Origin: Emiliania huxleyi CCMP1516
Taxonomy: Eukaryota
Assembly (NCBI RefSeq): GCF_000372725.1
Contig: NW_005202113.1
Coordinates: 124,001 to 188,000 of the forward strand
DNA length: 64,000 nucleotides
Reading direction: 5' to 3'
In this document: positions 53,742 through 64,000 of the stretch, piece by piece
Position numbering within the stretch: the first letter of the stretch is position 1
Layout: each line of letters starts with the position of its first letter
Notes under the pieces: model-generated
Told to the model about the DNA's origin: nothing
The model's input: only the letters and a program-made list of their open reading frames with translations
The model's database searches: none
Program-made: the position numbers and the translations under genes

Positions 53742-54786
53742 TCATTGCTCCCACCGCTGCGTGATCCACTCGAGAGCGCGATGATGCACGGTCAGGGTGA
53801 TTGCGGCACCAGGGATGCCGCGTCCGAAGGCCACCTGCCACCCGCGGTAGAGGCTCGCCACGCCGTCAATGGAGTGGAGGGCAGCCAACCAGCTGCGCCG
53901 CGGAGACGTCTCCAGGGGTTGGCTCTGCCGAGTTCATAAGCAGCGCGGTCAGAGCGTTGCTCGTTTCGCGACCAAATGGAGGGTGAGCGAGCAGGTGTGG
54001 TGAGGTGATCAGTTTCATGGTGGCGCACTCACTTGGATGCGACTCTTGATGCAGTCGAGCGGCAGCGCGACACACCAGAATAGCACGCCGGCGCAGGAGC
54101 CCGCGAGCATTAGCTCCCACGTGCGAAGCTGGTGTCGACCCCGAGTTTGTTGAAGCGCCTGCGTACATCATGCTGGTCACACCTGCAGAGGGCGAGGTGT
54201 GGCGTGCATATTGGACCTGAGTCATGTGGAAGAAGCCAGAAAAGTAGTTGGCCATGCCAAGCGAGTCGCGTGCAAGCGTGACTGGCAGCGCCGCATAAAA
54301 CCTCATGACGACAAAAGTTGGTCGGCGGCCAGAGACAGCCCAGCAGTGGCGCAGCACGTCGACCGCAGAGTAGTACCGGCGTGGTCCGCCCACGCCCTGC
54401 ATCATCAACTGGTTTCGCAGCAGCTCGACCGGAGTGACCACAAACGAGTTGACAGCACCACTCGTGGCACCACAGGCCGCAACGGTCGCCGTGGATTTGG
54501 ATACGCCACGATCTGCGAGGCGGCGGTGCGTGAATGCGTTCACAGAGAATAGCACGGACTTGTAGACGCCCTGGGCGAGCAAGGGTGGCAGAATACCCTT
54601 GTAGAAGCCGGCAACAGACGTTTCCACTCGCATGAGTGTCTTCATGTTCAGACTCTGCTTGCGGAGCGACGGGTCAGCCTGGACGCGAGTACGAACTGTA
54701 TCAAAAGGGTGGCAGACAATCTGATTAGCCACGCCCGCCACCGAGCCGGCGGCAACCTCGGACCATCCACTCAGAGCTCGACCCAT
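53742..54786 (-). CDS. Mitochondrial carrier (SLC25), carnitine/ornithine-carrier-like; multi-exon
   Basis: Three carrier signatures HPFDTVRTRVQ, TPVELLRNQLM and LPLDCIKSRIQ, plus FYKGILPPL. Confidence 0.92.
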
Positions 54787-54892
54787 TGCAGACCTCTTTC
54801 TCTCAATGGACGGCCGTTTTGAGAGTCTTTGTGTCGCTGCCTGGGTCCGTCTTTTGCTCACTCGCTCTCTCGCTCGCTCTCTCGCTCGCGTT

Positions 54893-54905
54893 CTCTCTCT
54901 CTCTC

Positions 54906-54999
<94 letters not shown>
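54893..54999. repeat. (CT)n/(GA)n microsatellite
   Basis: Direct reading; one interruption at 54909-54910. Confidence 0.97.
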
Positions 55000-55002
<3 letters not shown>

Positions 55003-55010
55003 CGCTCGTA

Positions 55011-55726
55011 GAAAGAAAGAAAGAAAACGTACAACACAAAAGAGGAATGGGAGGACGGCACGCCGCCACCACACAGGGATTTTGTCCGAGGAGGCCACCG
55101 GCCAAAAGCGCATGTCTTGAAGGTCCGATACTGGAAGCCCATATAGGCACCTTACATAAAATAAATAAATAAATAAAACGGGCACGCCAAACGAGGGGTG
55201 GGAGAAGGACAGGGTGAGGGTCCCCACCTGCGCGAGCAGGATCTTGTAAGGACGATCAGGGACACAGGGGAACGGGAGCGGGGAGCGCATCGCGACACGG
55301 AGGGGGGCTGGGCAGGGTTCACCCACACACGACAGGGTCCCAGGGATTCCTCTCTCGTATAGGACAGGTTGCACCCGGCGGCACGGGGGCAGGCGCGGGC
55401 CTCCTACTGGTTGCGCTCTCCTAGTTCTCCTGCTCCTGACAAGGGACAGCGACGGGCTCGCAGCACGGTGGACTCCCTATTCCACTGGCGATCTCTCTCG
55501 ACTAGCGACCTTCCTCCGGCTTCTCACCAGCAGTCTCTCACTACCACGAGGCACCTTACATAAATAAATAAATAGAGCAGACATCTCCAGGAGAGATGGG
55601 CGACGCACGAACACAGAGGGACAGTGCGGCACCTTACAGAAAGAAAGAAAGAAAACAGACACGCCAAACGAGGGATGGGACGAGGACAGGGTCCCCACCT
55701 GCACGAGCAGGATTTTACCTTACAGA
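55011..55726 (-). mobile_element. Stack of four head-to-tail truncated retroposon copies separated by (AGGC)ACCTTACA target duplications
   Basis: Repeats at 55145-55156, 55549-55560, 55628-55638 and 55717-55724. Each insert starts on the + strand with (TAAA)n or (GAAA)n. Confidence 0.85.
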
Positions 55727-55847
55727 TTTCGCTCGCGCCGGCCTGCGAATTCTTGCCAACACGGTTACCAGCCGCAACGCCGCCGCAGCCTCGTCGCGCC
55801 GCCTCGTCCACCGGCAGGCCCCGGCGCATTTTCCGTTCTTGCACGAC

Positions 55848-57191
55848 ATGCCGAGCGACGAGTCCTCCGACGAGCCGCAGCTCACGCCGCAGGAGGCGGA
55901 GCTGCTTCGCCACCTCGAGGACCTGCAGGCAAACAACCCGGCCGAGTATGAGATGCTCGTGTCGCAGCTGGGCGGCGGCGGCGGCGGCGGCGGCGCTCCA
56001 CCTGGCGGCCAGAAGGTTGTGCCCGAGCCCGGCTTCGTGGCCAAGACGCACAGCTACACGCGGCGCGGGACCAAGGTCTTCATCAATGTCTGCCAGTCTG
56101 TCCATGTCGACCCGCCCTCCTCTGCCGCGACCGCCGCCACCTCGGGCGACGAGCTGCCGATGCGCATCCCGCTCTCGCTCGGGCCACCTCGCGAGGACCT
56201 CGACCGCGCGGGCGGTGCGTGCACCGTGTACGACGTCGTCTTCCACCCGGACACGGTCTCGACCGCGCTCGCCGACGCCGACTTCCGCAGCCTGATGCTG
56301 CAGCTCGCGATGCACCAGATCAAGGAGAAGCACGGGGACGACCTCTCCGACGCAGTCAGCTTCCCGCGCATCAAGGGCAACTACAAGGGCCTCGCGCCAC
56401 TCCCCCAGTTCATGCGCGCTCGCAAGGAGCCAGCGGCGGAGCCCGGCGCGGCTGCAGAGCCCGGCGCCGCGCCCGCGCCAGCCGCCGCCGACGCCGCCCC
56501 GGCCGCGCGGCGGCCGCTGATCGAGGAGGTCGCGCCGGCGGCGGGAGAGGAGGCCCTGCCGGCGCCAGCGTACGCTGTCGAGCCGTGCGTGTGGCGCGAC
56601 GGGCTTGTGGTGCGCGAGGGCGGCGGCGCCGAGGAGGGCGTAGGGCCGGGCGGCGGCGTCGAGTGCCTGAGCGTGAAGCTGCACCTGCCAGAGGTGGAGG
56701 AGGCGAGCGAGGTGGAGGTGGAGCTCTCTTGCGAGGAGCTGCTCCTCACGGCGGCGGGCAAGTACCGCTGCGCCCTCCTCTTGCCGCGGCCCGTCGAGCT
56801 GGCGCCGCTGCTCTGCCGGTTCGAGACGCGGCGCCGCATCATGAGCGTCGCGCTGCGGTGTGTCGGCGGCGGCGCGGCGCTCGACGGGGAGGCGGGCGGC
56901 GGCGCCGCGTCCGAGGCGGCGCGGAGGGAGCGCGAGGCGCGGCAGCGGGCGAGGCGGAGGCTGGCGCGCTCAAAGCAGGAGCAGGCTAGCCGGCGGATGG
57001 GCGAGGAGGGGGCGGGCGGGACCGAGGGCGAGGCGGCAGCCGCGGCGCCCGCGGAGGCGCCCAGCGAGCCGGCGGCGCCACCGCTGTCTGAGGAGGCGGC
57101 AGAGGCGGAGCCCGCAGCGGCGGCGGAAGTGGGCCAGCGACAGGCGCCGTTGGTGCTGAGCAACAGCATCGCATTTGAGCTGCAGGAGTGA
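55848..57191 (+). CDS. PIH1-domain protein with CS domain, Kintoun/DNAAF2-like
   Basis: PEPGFVAKT, KVFINVCQS, IPLSLGPPREDLDR and YDVVFHP; C-terminal LSNSIAFELQE resembles the DNAAF2 tail. Confidence 0.85.
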   Translation: MPSDESSDEPQLTPQEAELLRHLEDLQANNPAEYEMLVSQLGGGGGGGGAPPGGQKVVPEPGFVAKTHSYTRRGTKVFINVCQSVHVDPPSSAATAATSGDELPMRIPLSLGPPREDLDRAGGACTVYDVVFHPDTVSTALADADFRSLMLQLAMHQIKEKHGDDLSDAVSFPRIKGNYKGLAPLPQFMRARKEPAAEPGAAAEPGAAPAPAAADAAPAARRPLIEEVAPAAGEEALPAPAYAVEPCVWRDGLVVREGGGAEEGVGPGGGVECLSVKLHLPEVEEASEVEVELSCEELLLTAAGKYRCALLLPRPVELAPLLCRFETRRRIMSVALRCVGGGAALDGEAGGGAASEAARREREARQRARRRLARSKQEQASRRMGEEGAGGTEGEAAAAAPAEAPSEPAAPPLSEEAAEAEPAAAAEVGQRQAPLVLSNSIAFELQE

Positions 57192-57349
57192 TTAAGACGT
57201 CAAGACATCTGGTGGGCACGGGTCGGGCTGTTGCGGCCCGTGTGTGCTGCTTCTTGCTGGGTGGTGAGGTGACTCGCAGCCGGCGTGAGCACTTGGAGCA
57301 CTTGACAGATCGGGAAAAAAATCGCCGCGAGACCGACGATCGCTGTACA

Positions 57350-57945
57350 ATGCGTCGCCTCCTCTGCCTGCTCGCTCTTTCTTCTTGGGGCGCCGAGGCT
57401 CTGACTGCTCGTCTCGAGCCAGCCAGGGCTGGGCGCGCTGCTGGCTCCGCGTGCAGAGCGTGCGCGTTGAATGTGGCGCGCATGCAGGTGGAGGCGCCGA
57501 TAAAGACGCCGGACATACAGCTCGCGCCGACGGATCCGAAGGGTGCTTCCGTCGCGGCGGCGAGAGCCTTTCGCCACTGCCCTCGTTTGACGTCGCCCCG
57601 TTGAGACCGCAGGTGACGAAAAGTCGGACAAGGGAAAGAAGTTCAAGCTGCTGCTTTTTAACGACACGATGAACAAGCGCGAGTACGTGGCGCGTATCCT
57701 GCAGCAGTCGGTGCCTGGCCTGACGGCCGCAGACGCGTACTTGATCATGCAAAAAGCCCACAAGAGCGGGATGGCGGTGGTGGGAGTCTGGGCACAGATT
57801 CATTCACGCGGGCCGGCACGCTATGTGTGACATGCCCAGCCCACCTCTCCCGCACGCGCCGCCGTAGGTCTTTGAGCTGGCCGAGGCGTACTGTGACCTC
57901 CTCAAAGCGGGCGGCCTCATCGCCTCTGTCACCGAGGATGAGTGA
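57350..57945 (+). CDS. clpS: Plastid ClpS adaptor; two introns
   Basis: Signal plus transit peptide, FKLLLFNDTMNKREYVARIL, AYLIMQKAHKSGMAVVGVW and FELAEAYCDLLK. Confidence 0.9.
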
Positions 57946-58293
57946 ACACGCGCGCAGGCATAGGTCTAGGTTCGGCTCGCGATGGCCAGAGGCTTCGCCA
58001 GGCGGCGGCCCCCCGGGAAAGGGCAGGAAGGCGTGCCAGGCTCGCTCGCAGCCACCCCACTTTTACGTGACACGACCTTCGGGGTCATCCGGTGGAGTAC
58101 CACACCACGGTCCACGGAGCAGAGTGCGCACAATGCTCGATGGCCACGATAGTCAGGTGGCGGTAAGTAGCTTGCGGAGGTAGTCCGAGTGGAGGCGGCG
58201 AGGCGCTCGGCGTGTCGTTGTTGTCAACTCTTCAAACGCGCATAAATCATTCCCTTTTCCAGTGCCGGTTGCGAATTCTTTTTCTGCCACCGA

Positions 58294-59487
58294 ATGGAGA
58301 AGCGCAAGCTTGCCGAGGCTGAGGCGGCGCTGTCAGACGCCGCCAAATGCGAGAGGTCGGGCTGGCTCAAGTCGCGAGATCTCGACGGCGCGGCCAGCGC
58401 CTATGAGCGTGCTGCAACGCTTTTCCGGGTGGCAAGGGCGTATCCGCAGGCCATCGAGGCGTACATGAAGGCCGCCGATGCGCAGCAGGCGCTCGAGAGC
58501 GCGGCTGCCGCAGCGCGGCTGCTGGAGAGCGCGGCCGTGCTCGCCAAGGACAACCTCAAGGCTGAGGCCAACGCGGCTGCCCTGTACGAGAGGGCGAGTG
58601 AGCTGCACCTCGGCGTGCTGTCGCTCGACCGGGCTGCCGCCGCACTCTGCAAGGCGGCACGCACAATAGAGGGGTCCGACACGCCGCGAGCGTGCGCGCT
58701 CATGCTCCGCGCCTGCAGTCTCTTTGATGACGGCGAGGAGGAGGCGCAGCTGCGGCACTCTGCCGACACCTTTGGCGCCGCGGTCGCGCTGCTGCTGCGG
58801 GCAGGGCGCCGGTCCGAGACCGCCGCGCTGCTGCGGCGGCAGGTGCTCGTCTACGCGCGCCTTCGCCGCACGCACGACGTTGCACGCTCAGAGCTCTCCG
58901 CGGTGATCATCAATCTCGCTGCCGGCGCCGCCCCGCCCCGCCGCCCCGCCAGCCCCTCGACACAAGACACGTGCCCACCGCCGTGCAGCCCGACCGCGGG
59001 CCTCGGTGCGGCAGGCGAGTACGAGCAGGCGAGCATCGGCTGCACCAAGGCGGAGGCGAGGCCGGACGGGTTTGCTGGCACCGATGAGGCACTCTCGCCC
59101 TCTGTCCGTCTAGCCCTCGAGCTCTGCCGCTGAACTGCCCTCGCCCGCCCTGCCCGTCAGGCGGACCTAGCCCGAAGGCTCCTCGCAGCCTTCGCAGCGC
59201 AGGACGCAGACGGGCTCGCCGCAGCCGTGTCGGACGGCACGCTCGCCGCCGTCGACAACACCGTCGCCTTGCTCGCTCGCGACCTGACCCTCGCCTCGGC
59301 ACGCGTGCCTGCCGCCTACCTCGCCCCGCCGGCCAGGCGACCCGCCGCCGCAGGCTCCGGCGCGGCGTCGGGAGGCGGCTGCCTCGCCAGCTCGGCGGCC
59401 GCCCACGCGAGCGAGCAGCCGGTCGGCACGGGAGACTTTGGCGAGATGGCCCCGGAGGACGAGCTCGAGGACGACGACTTGACGTGA
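58294..59487 (+). CDS. Gamma-SNAP-like soluble NSF attachment protein; two GC-AG introns
   Basis: WLKSRDLDGAASAYERAATLFR, TPR-like helices and an acidic C-terminus EDELEDDDLT. Confidence 0.8.
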
Positions 59488-59961
59488 CGGCGTGCGAGGT
59501 GCGAGACGGCGCCCCGCGCCACACGGGACACAGGAGACAGGACACGCCGGCAGCCCGGAGGCGCCGAGCGCGGCACCGCCCTGCCGGCGTTGGCTCAGCC
59601 CCCGTGCCCCGAGCCCCGTGCGGCTGCCCACCTGGAATCCTACCGCGGTGTATTACCCCGAAGCTGGACGCGTGCACCGCTGCACGTGGACGGTGGCGAG
59701 AGGGTGTGTGGAAGTGCTTTCGTTTCGAGTTTCGTTGGCGGCCCGCAAGTACATCTCGTATGCATGTGTAATACTGCCCTAGACTACACGACCATGTCGC
59801 AGGGTGCAGTTGGAATATGGTGGAGCGCGCCGGGCTCATGCCTCACATCGATGCGCAGCGGGAGCCCCTCGCGCCTCGGCGCTCGGGCGGTGTGTGCGGG
59901 GGGACCGCGCTGCGTGGCTGCGGTGCCACCCCCATCTACCCCCCAAGCAACACGCGCCACC

Positions 59962-60865
59962 TCAGAAGGAGAAGGCGCGCTTGGCGGTGACCTTCGGTGC
60001 GCCGCCCAGCGGGAAGGTGGCTGCGATGGTCGCGTCGATGGTCGCCGAGTCTTCGTACTCCACCTCGCCAGTGCCGTCCCTGGGCGACACCTTTGCCGAG
60101 AGCGTGCGCCCCTCCGTCAGCTGCGTGTCGTACTCGAGCTCGTACGTCAGGGAGTGGTCGAGCCCGCCCTTGCCGCCGCCCTTGGAGGATAGCAGGCCGA
60201 CCGCCCGCAGCCCCGAGCCGAGCATCGTCGAGAGCCGCAGCTTCGACTCGTTGTCGCCGAGCGTGTGGGACAGCTCGAGGTCGCACTCACGCTCGTTGAC
60301 CGAGAGGGTGCGCGTGCCCGTCACCCGCGTCACGCGAGAGGAGAGGCCGTCGACCTCGGCCTCGACCTGTGGGGTGGGGTGGGGGTGGGGTGGGGGTGGG
60401 TGGGGTGGGTGGGTGGGGTGGGGTGAGGGTGGGTGGGGTGGCGTGGCGTGGCGACCTCGATCGTGGTGCCGTCTTCGGTCGAGGTCTCGAGGGTCGCCTC
60501 GAGCGGTCCGCCGAAGTTCGACGCGAGCTCGTATTTGATCTTGTCCACGGCTCCGCTCAGCGAGGCGCTCTTGAGGAACTTGTCGTTCTCGGCGCGGTCG
60601 TACTCGGCGGTGACCGTCGCGGCGTTACCGAGCAGTTTGAAGGCCTGTGACCACTTGCCCTGCGCGGCGGGATGGGGCGGTGGCGACGGCGGCGGTGCGG
60701 TGGGGTTGAACGCCGCTCCGCGCTCTCCCACACCTTGATGTTGTCGAGAGAGGGCGTTTTCGATCCCAGATCGCCCGAGATCAGCTCGACCGACCCCGAC
60801 TGAGGACGAGGCGCTGGCGGCGCGGCGCGGCCGGCAAGGATAGGGGCGACGGAGAGCGAGAGCAT
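59962..60865 (-). CDS. Hypothetical beta-strand-rich protein, possible beta-barrel channel; three introns
   Basis: Spliced product has alternating polar/hydrophobic strands and ends KVTAKRAFSF*. Confidence 0.55.
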
Positions 60866-60964
60866 GAAGCCTCGTGTGTGAGTGACAGGGTTTGGGGCAC
60901 ACAAAATGAACGACACGCGCGGAAGAAAACCAGGGCAAAAGCGGCTTTCTGCGTCTTCTTTCTT

Positions 60965-62050
60965 TCACCCGCCGGGGCCGCGCAACCGACTCAGAATCGA
61001 CGCCGGGTCCTCCGCGTCCACGTCGGAGAGGAAGACGCGCCTCTCGGCCTCGCCGACATTGTCGCGGGCGGCCGTGCCGAGCGGCGGCGCCGCCGCGTGC
61101 AGGTAGGAGAGGAACGGGTCGCTCGTCTCCACGGTGACGCTCCCCGCCGCCAGAGGGAGCTTTAGCAGCCAGGCGTGCAGCATCATGCGAGGCGCCGCCG
61201 TGTCGCCCGTGTAGGCCACGTCGCCGACGATGCCTATAGGGAGCCACTCCGGCCGAGCCTGAGGCGCGGACGGGGAGGAGGGCGCGCCGCCGCCGCAACG
61301 CCGGCGCGCCGTGGCCCAGGTGGAGGCAGTGGACGCGCAGCTGGTGCCTCCGGCCCGTGAGCGGCCGCAGCAGCAGCTTGCTCGCCGGGCGGCCGTCGTC
61401 GAGGTAGCCGCGGCCGACGAGCGCGCACTCGGTCCGCGCTGGCCCGCAGTGCTTCCCCGGCGCGCCATCGACGGCCATGCGGAAGCCGCGCTCGTCGCTC
61501 TCGTCGAGGCCGATGGCGCGCTCGCAGACGGCCTGCACCCACTGCACGTGTCCGTGCACGAGCGCGAGATAGCACTTGCGGGCGGTCCGGCCTGCGAAGC
61601 AGGCGGCGGCCATCTTGGCGGCGCGCTTGCTCAGCGCGACACACAGGACGCCGCTGGTCGCATAGTCAAGCTGGTGCGCGAGCCGGAAGCCAAAGGCGGT
61701 CGTCGGGTCGACGTGCTCCGGGTGACATGCACCGAGCTGGGTCTGCAGCGTGACGGGCTCGGCCGGGTGATCGATGTGCAGATCAGGGAGCTTGAACGCG
61801 AACAGATAGTCGGCGTGCCGCAGCACATGCAGGTCAGACAGCAGCCACCTGTTTCGCTTTCGGCAAGTGGCGGTGCCGGCGGCATCGGCGTCCGCCTGAC
61901 TGCGTCGCAGTCGCGCACACACGAGCCTGCGTAGGCGATGCCAGTATTTGGTGAGCACGAAAGCAAGAGCAAGCGACGAACTCAGCATCAGCGTCCGCGT
62001 CGATCGACACACCACGCGTAGCGCCGCTGCCGAGCTGTTGCCGATTGGCA
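60965..62050 (-). CDS. RluA-family pseudouridine synthase (RPUSD1-like); one intron about 61311-61235
   Basis: HQLDYATSGV catalytic motif, KCYLALVHG, PLTGRRHQLRVH, IVGDVAY and RMMLHA. Confidence 0.92.
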
Positions 62051-62612
62051 TTGGCGTGTGTAGCCGGTCAGCAGTGTCGTCGGCTCGGCGCCGGTGCGGG
62101 AGACGGGCCCCAGCTGTAATCGCAGCGAGGCGGCGCGAAATCCGCCCAACGCGAATGTGCTGGGTTCGGGCACCGCCCGGGTAGGGGGGTAGCTCAGGGG
62201 CCAGCCACCACTGGGACGTCCGTTACACGCCCAAATCAGGGTTAGGGGGGTAGGAGGTAAGGAAACCCCTACCCTACCCCCCAAACACCTCGAACCCTGA
62301 GCTCGCAGCGCCCCGCCTCGCGCGTTGTTTTCCTTTCTTATTTCTTCGCCACTTCTCGACGTTTTCCCTCTTTCCGCGTTCCCTTTGTTCCGAAATGTTT
62401 CCCTGCCGCTCAATCCACAAAACAAAATCTCTCCTCAATCCATCCGCAAAAAGAAAGAAGAAATACGGCGCACGCTTCCCCCAAATTGCGAGAGAGAGAT
62501 TCAACATTGTGGATTCGGCGACGATGTTTACTGCGAAGAATTTTACAACAAAGCTCGTTGGAGGACGTGCCAAAAGTGCAGCCTCGGCCGTCCCCAACCA
62601 AACAAAGCCGCC

Positions 62613-63835
62613 ATGGCCCTGGCTATCGCACCCGCCATCCACCTCGGCGCCCAGTGCGGCCCCAAGATCGAGCTCGCCTCCGTCAAGTTCGGCCCCTACC
62701 CGGGCTACGGGGGCCCCTTCTCGTCGGTCAATGGCAAAGTCTCCCTTTACTCGGACGGCGATGGCGTGCAGGCTGCCACCCACGCCGTCGCCCGCCCAGC
62801 TGCCCGTTGCAACTGTCGCTAATCTCACAGCCCCACGCCGCCCTACCCACAGACCTTCGTCTACGACCTGTCGGGCCTCGACACGGGCTGCACCGGCACC
62901 GACCCGCTCGAACTCTCCGGCAACGCGTGCGGCATCCACATCCACTCTGGCTTCACCTGCTCCAGCGCCTCCGAGGTCGGGGGGCACTATTACGTGTCCC
63001 CCGCGGCCGACCCGTGGTCCGACGGCGGCATGGGCGTGGACTACGTCGCGTTCTACAGCACGACAACCGGAACTGCCTCGGGCAACTTCGACGCCGACAC
63101 GGGCGCGACTACAAGCGACCTGCTGGGCCGGGCCTTTGTCGTCCACGACGCGAACGGCGGGCGCATCGCGTGCGCGCTGATGGAGCCCGTGGTGGACCCG
63201 CTGTGCGTGACCAACTTCGCAACCTACCCCGGCTACTACGGCGCCTTCCCCGACGCGACGGGTGTCATCACGATGGCTACTGTGGACAAGACCACGCAGT
63301 ACTTCGACTATACGCTCAAGGGCCTCGACCTCGGCACACCGCGCGCAGCCCGCGACCACGCCCGCGACCGCGCCCGCGACCGCGACTGCGACCGCGTCCA
63401 GCCCATTCTCCGTCCACGCCACGCACAGGCTGCGCTGGCGGGTACAACGCCTCGTACGGCAACTCGTGTGGCCTTCACATCCACTCGGGCTCCTCGTGCG
63501 AGGCCGCCAGCGAGGTTGGCGGTCACTACGCCACGAACGGCTTCGCCGACCCGTGGACGGAGAAGAGCCTCTCCTACGTCTCCTCCTCCAACGGCAACGC
63601 GGAGGGGAAGCTTTCCGCCGTCACTGGCGGCACCTCGCTCGATGTGCTCGGCAAGGCCTTTGTCGTGCACGGGTATGACGGCGGCCGCATCGCGTGCGGC
63701 ACGCTCGAGTACTGCGACCCCTGTGGGCCGCCTCCACCGCCGGCAAACGTGTGCAAGCCGTGGTGCAAGAACAACCCCGAAAAGCACTGCCCCAAAACCC
63801 AGCTTTGCGGCGGCTGCTACTTTTGCTACCACTAG
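62613..63835 (+). CDS. Protein with two tandem Cu-only SOD-like domains and a Cys-rich tail; introns about 62772-62852 and 63334-63428
   Basis: CG(I/L)HIHSG..C....VGGHY and LG(R/K)AFVVH...GGRIAC each occur twice. Confidence 0.85.
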
Positions 63836-64000
63836 CTGCCTGGGTGGGGGGCAACCAAGGAACGCCTCAGCGGAACAGCCTTTCCCGCAGCCTGCTCCTG
63901 AGCCTCTCCTTTCCCACCCGCTTGGCACCTTTTTCCGCATCGGGTTTTTTCCCTGACCCTGTGTGGTGGGGCGACGGCTTTTCCCTGAGTGTGCCGGGGG

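Noticed and set aside
54786..55374. (ER)n N-terminal extension of the mitochondrial carrier ORF
   Set aside because: It is the translation of the GA microsatellite and retroposon DNA. The real start is probably the ATG at 54786.
55145..55726. CRISPR array interpretation of the ACCTTACA repeats
   Set aside because: The repeats are only 8-12 bp, the spacers vary from 67 to 392 bp and carry retroposon tails, the context is eukaryotic and no cas genes are present.

Overview
Very GC-rich eukaryotic nuclear DNA with short spliceosomal introns, many of them with GC donors, and several genes with plastid-targeting-like leaders. It most likely comes from a haptophyte alga of the Emiliania/Gephyrocapsa huxleyi type (inference from sequence style, no search run). 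About 25 protein genes are recognisable: ASPM, nitronate monooxygenase, fasciclin, CK1-like kinase, FKBP, EF-hand protein, MATE, CBM20-TPS/TPP, BspA-type LRR, AMPK-beta-like, syntaxin-like, F-box, DDX11, BTB, TLC, mitochondrial carrier, PIH1/Kintoun, ClpS, gamma-SNAP, RluA and a tandem Cu-only SOD. The intergenic DNA holds most of the unusual structure. (1) A retroposon family shares a conserved ~200-nt 3' core and (TTTA)n/(TTTC)n tails. One TSD-bounded 1.18-kb copy carries a single intact 308-aa ORF and no reverse transcriptase, and three copies are stacked at the same nucleotide of an ACCTTACA target, giving a repeat-spacer-like array. (2) A 3.3-kb cassette has an intronless BspA-like surface-protein gene inside nested inverted repeats whose outer 472-bp arms appear identical. 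(3) Two foldback/MITE elements are present. Other oddities are an orphan last exon of the ciliary gene CC2D2A and a Qa-SNARE ending in a CaaX box instead of a transmembrane helix. Exon boundaries were read by eye and are approximate where stated.
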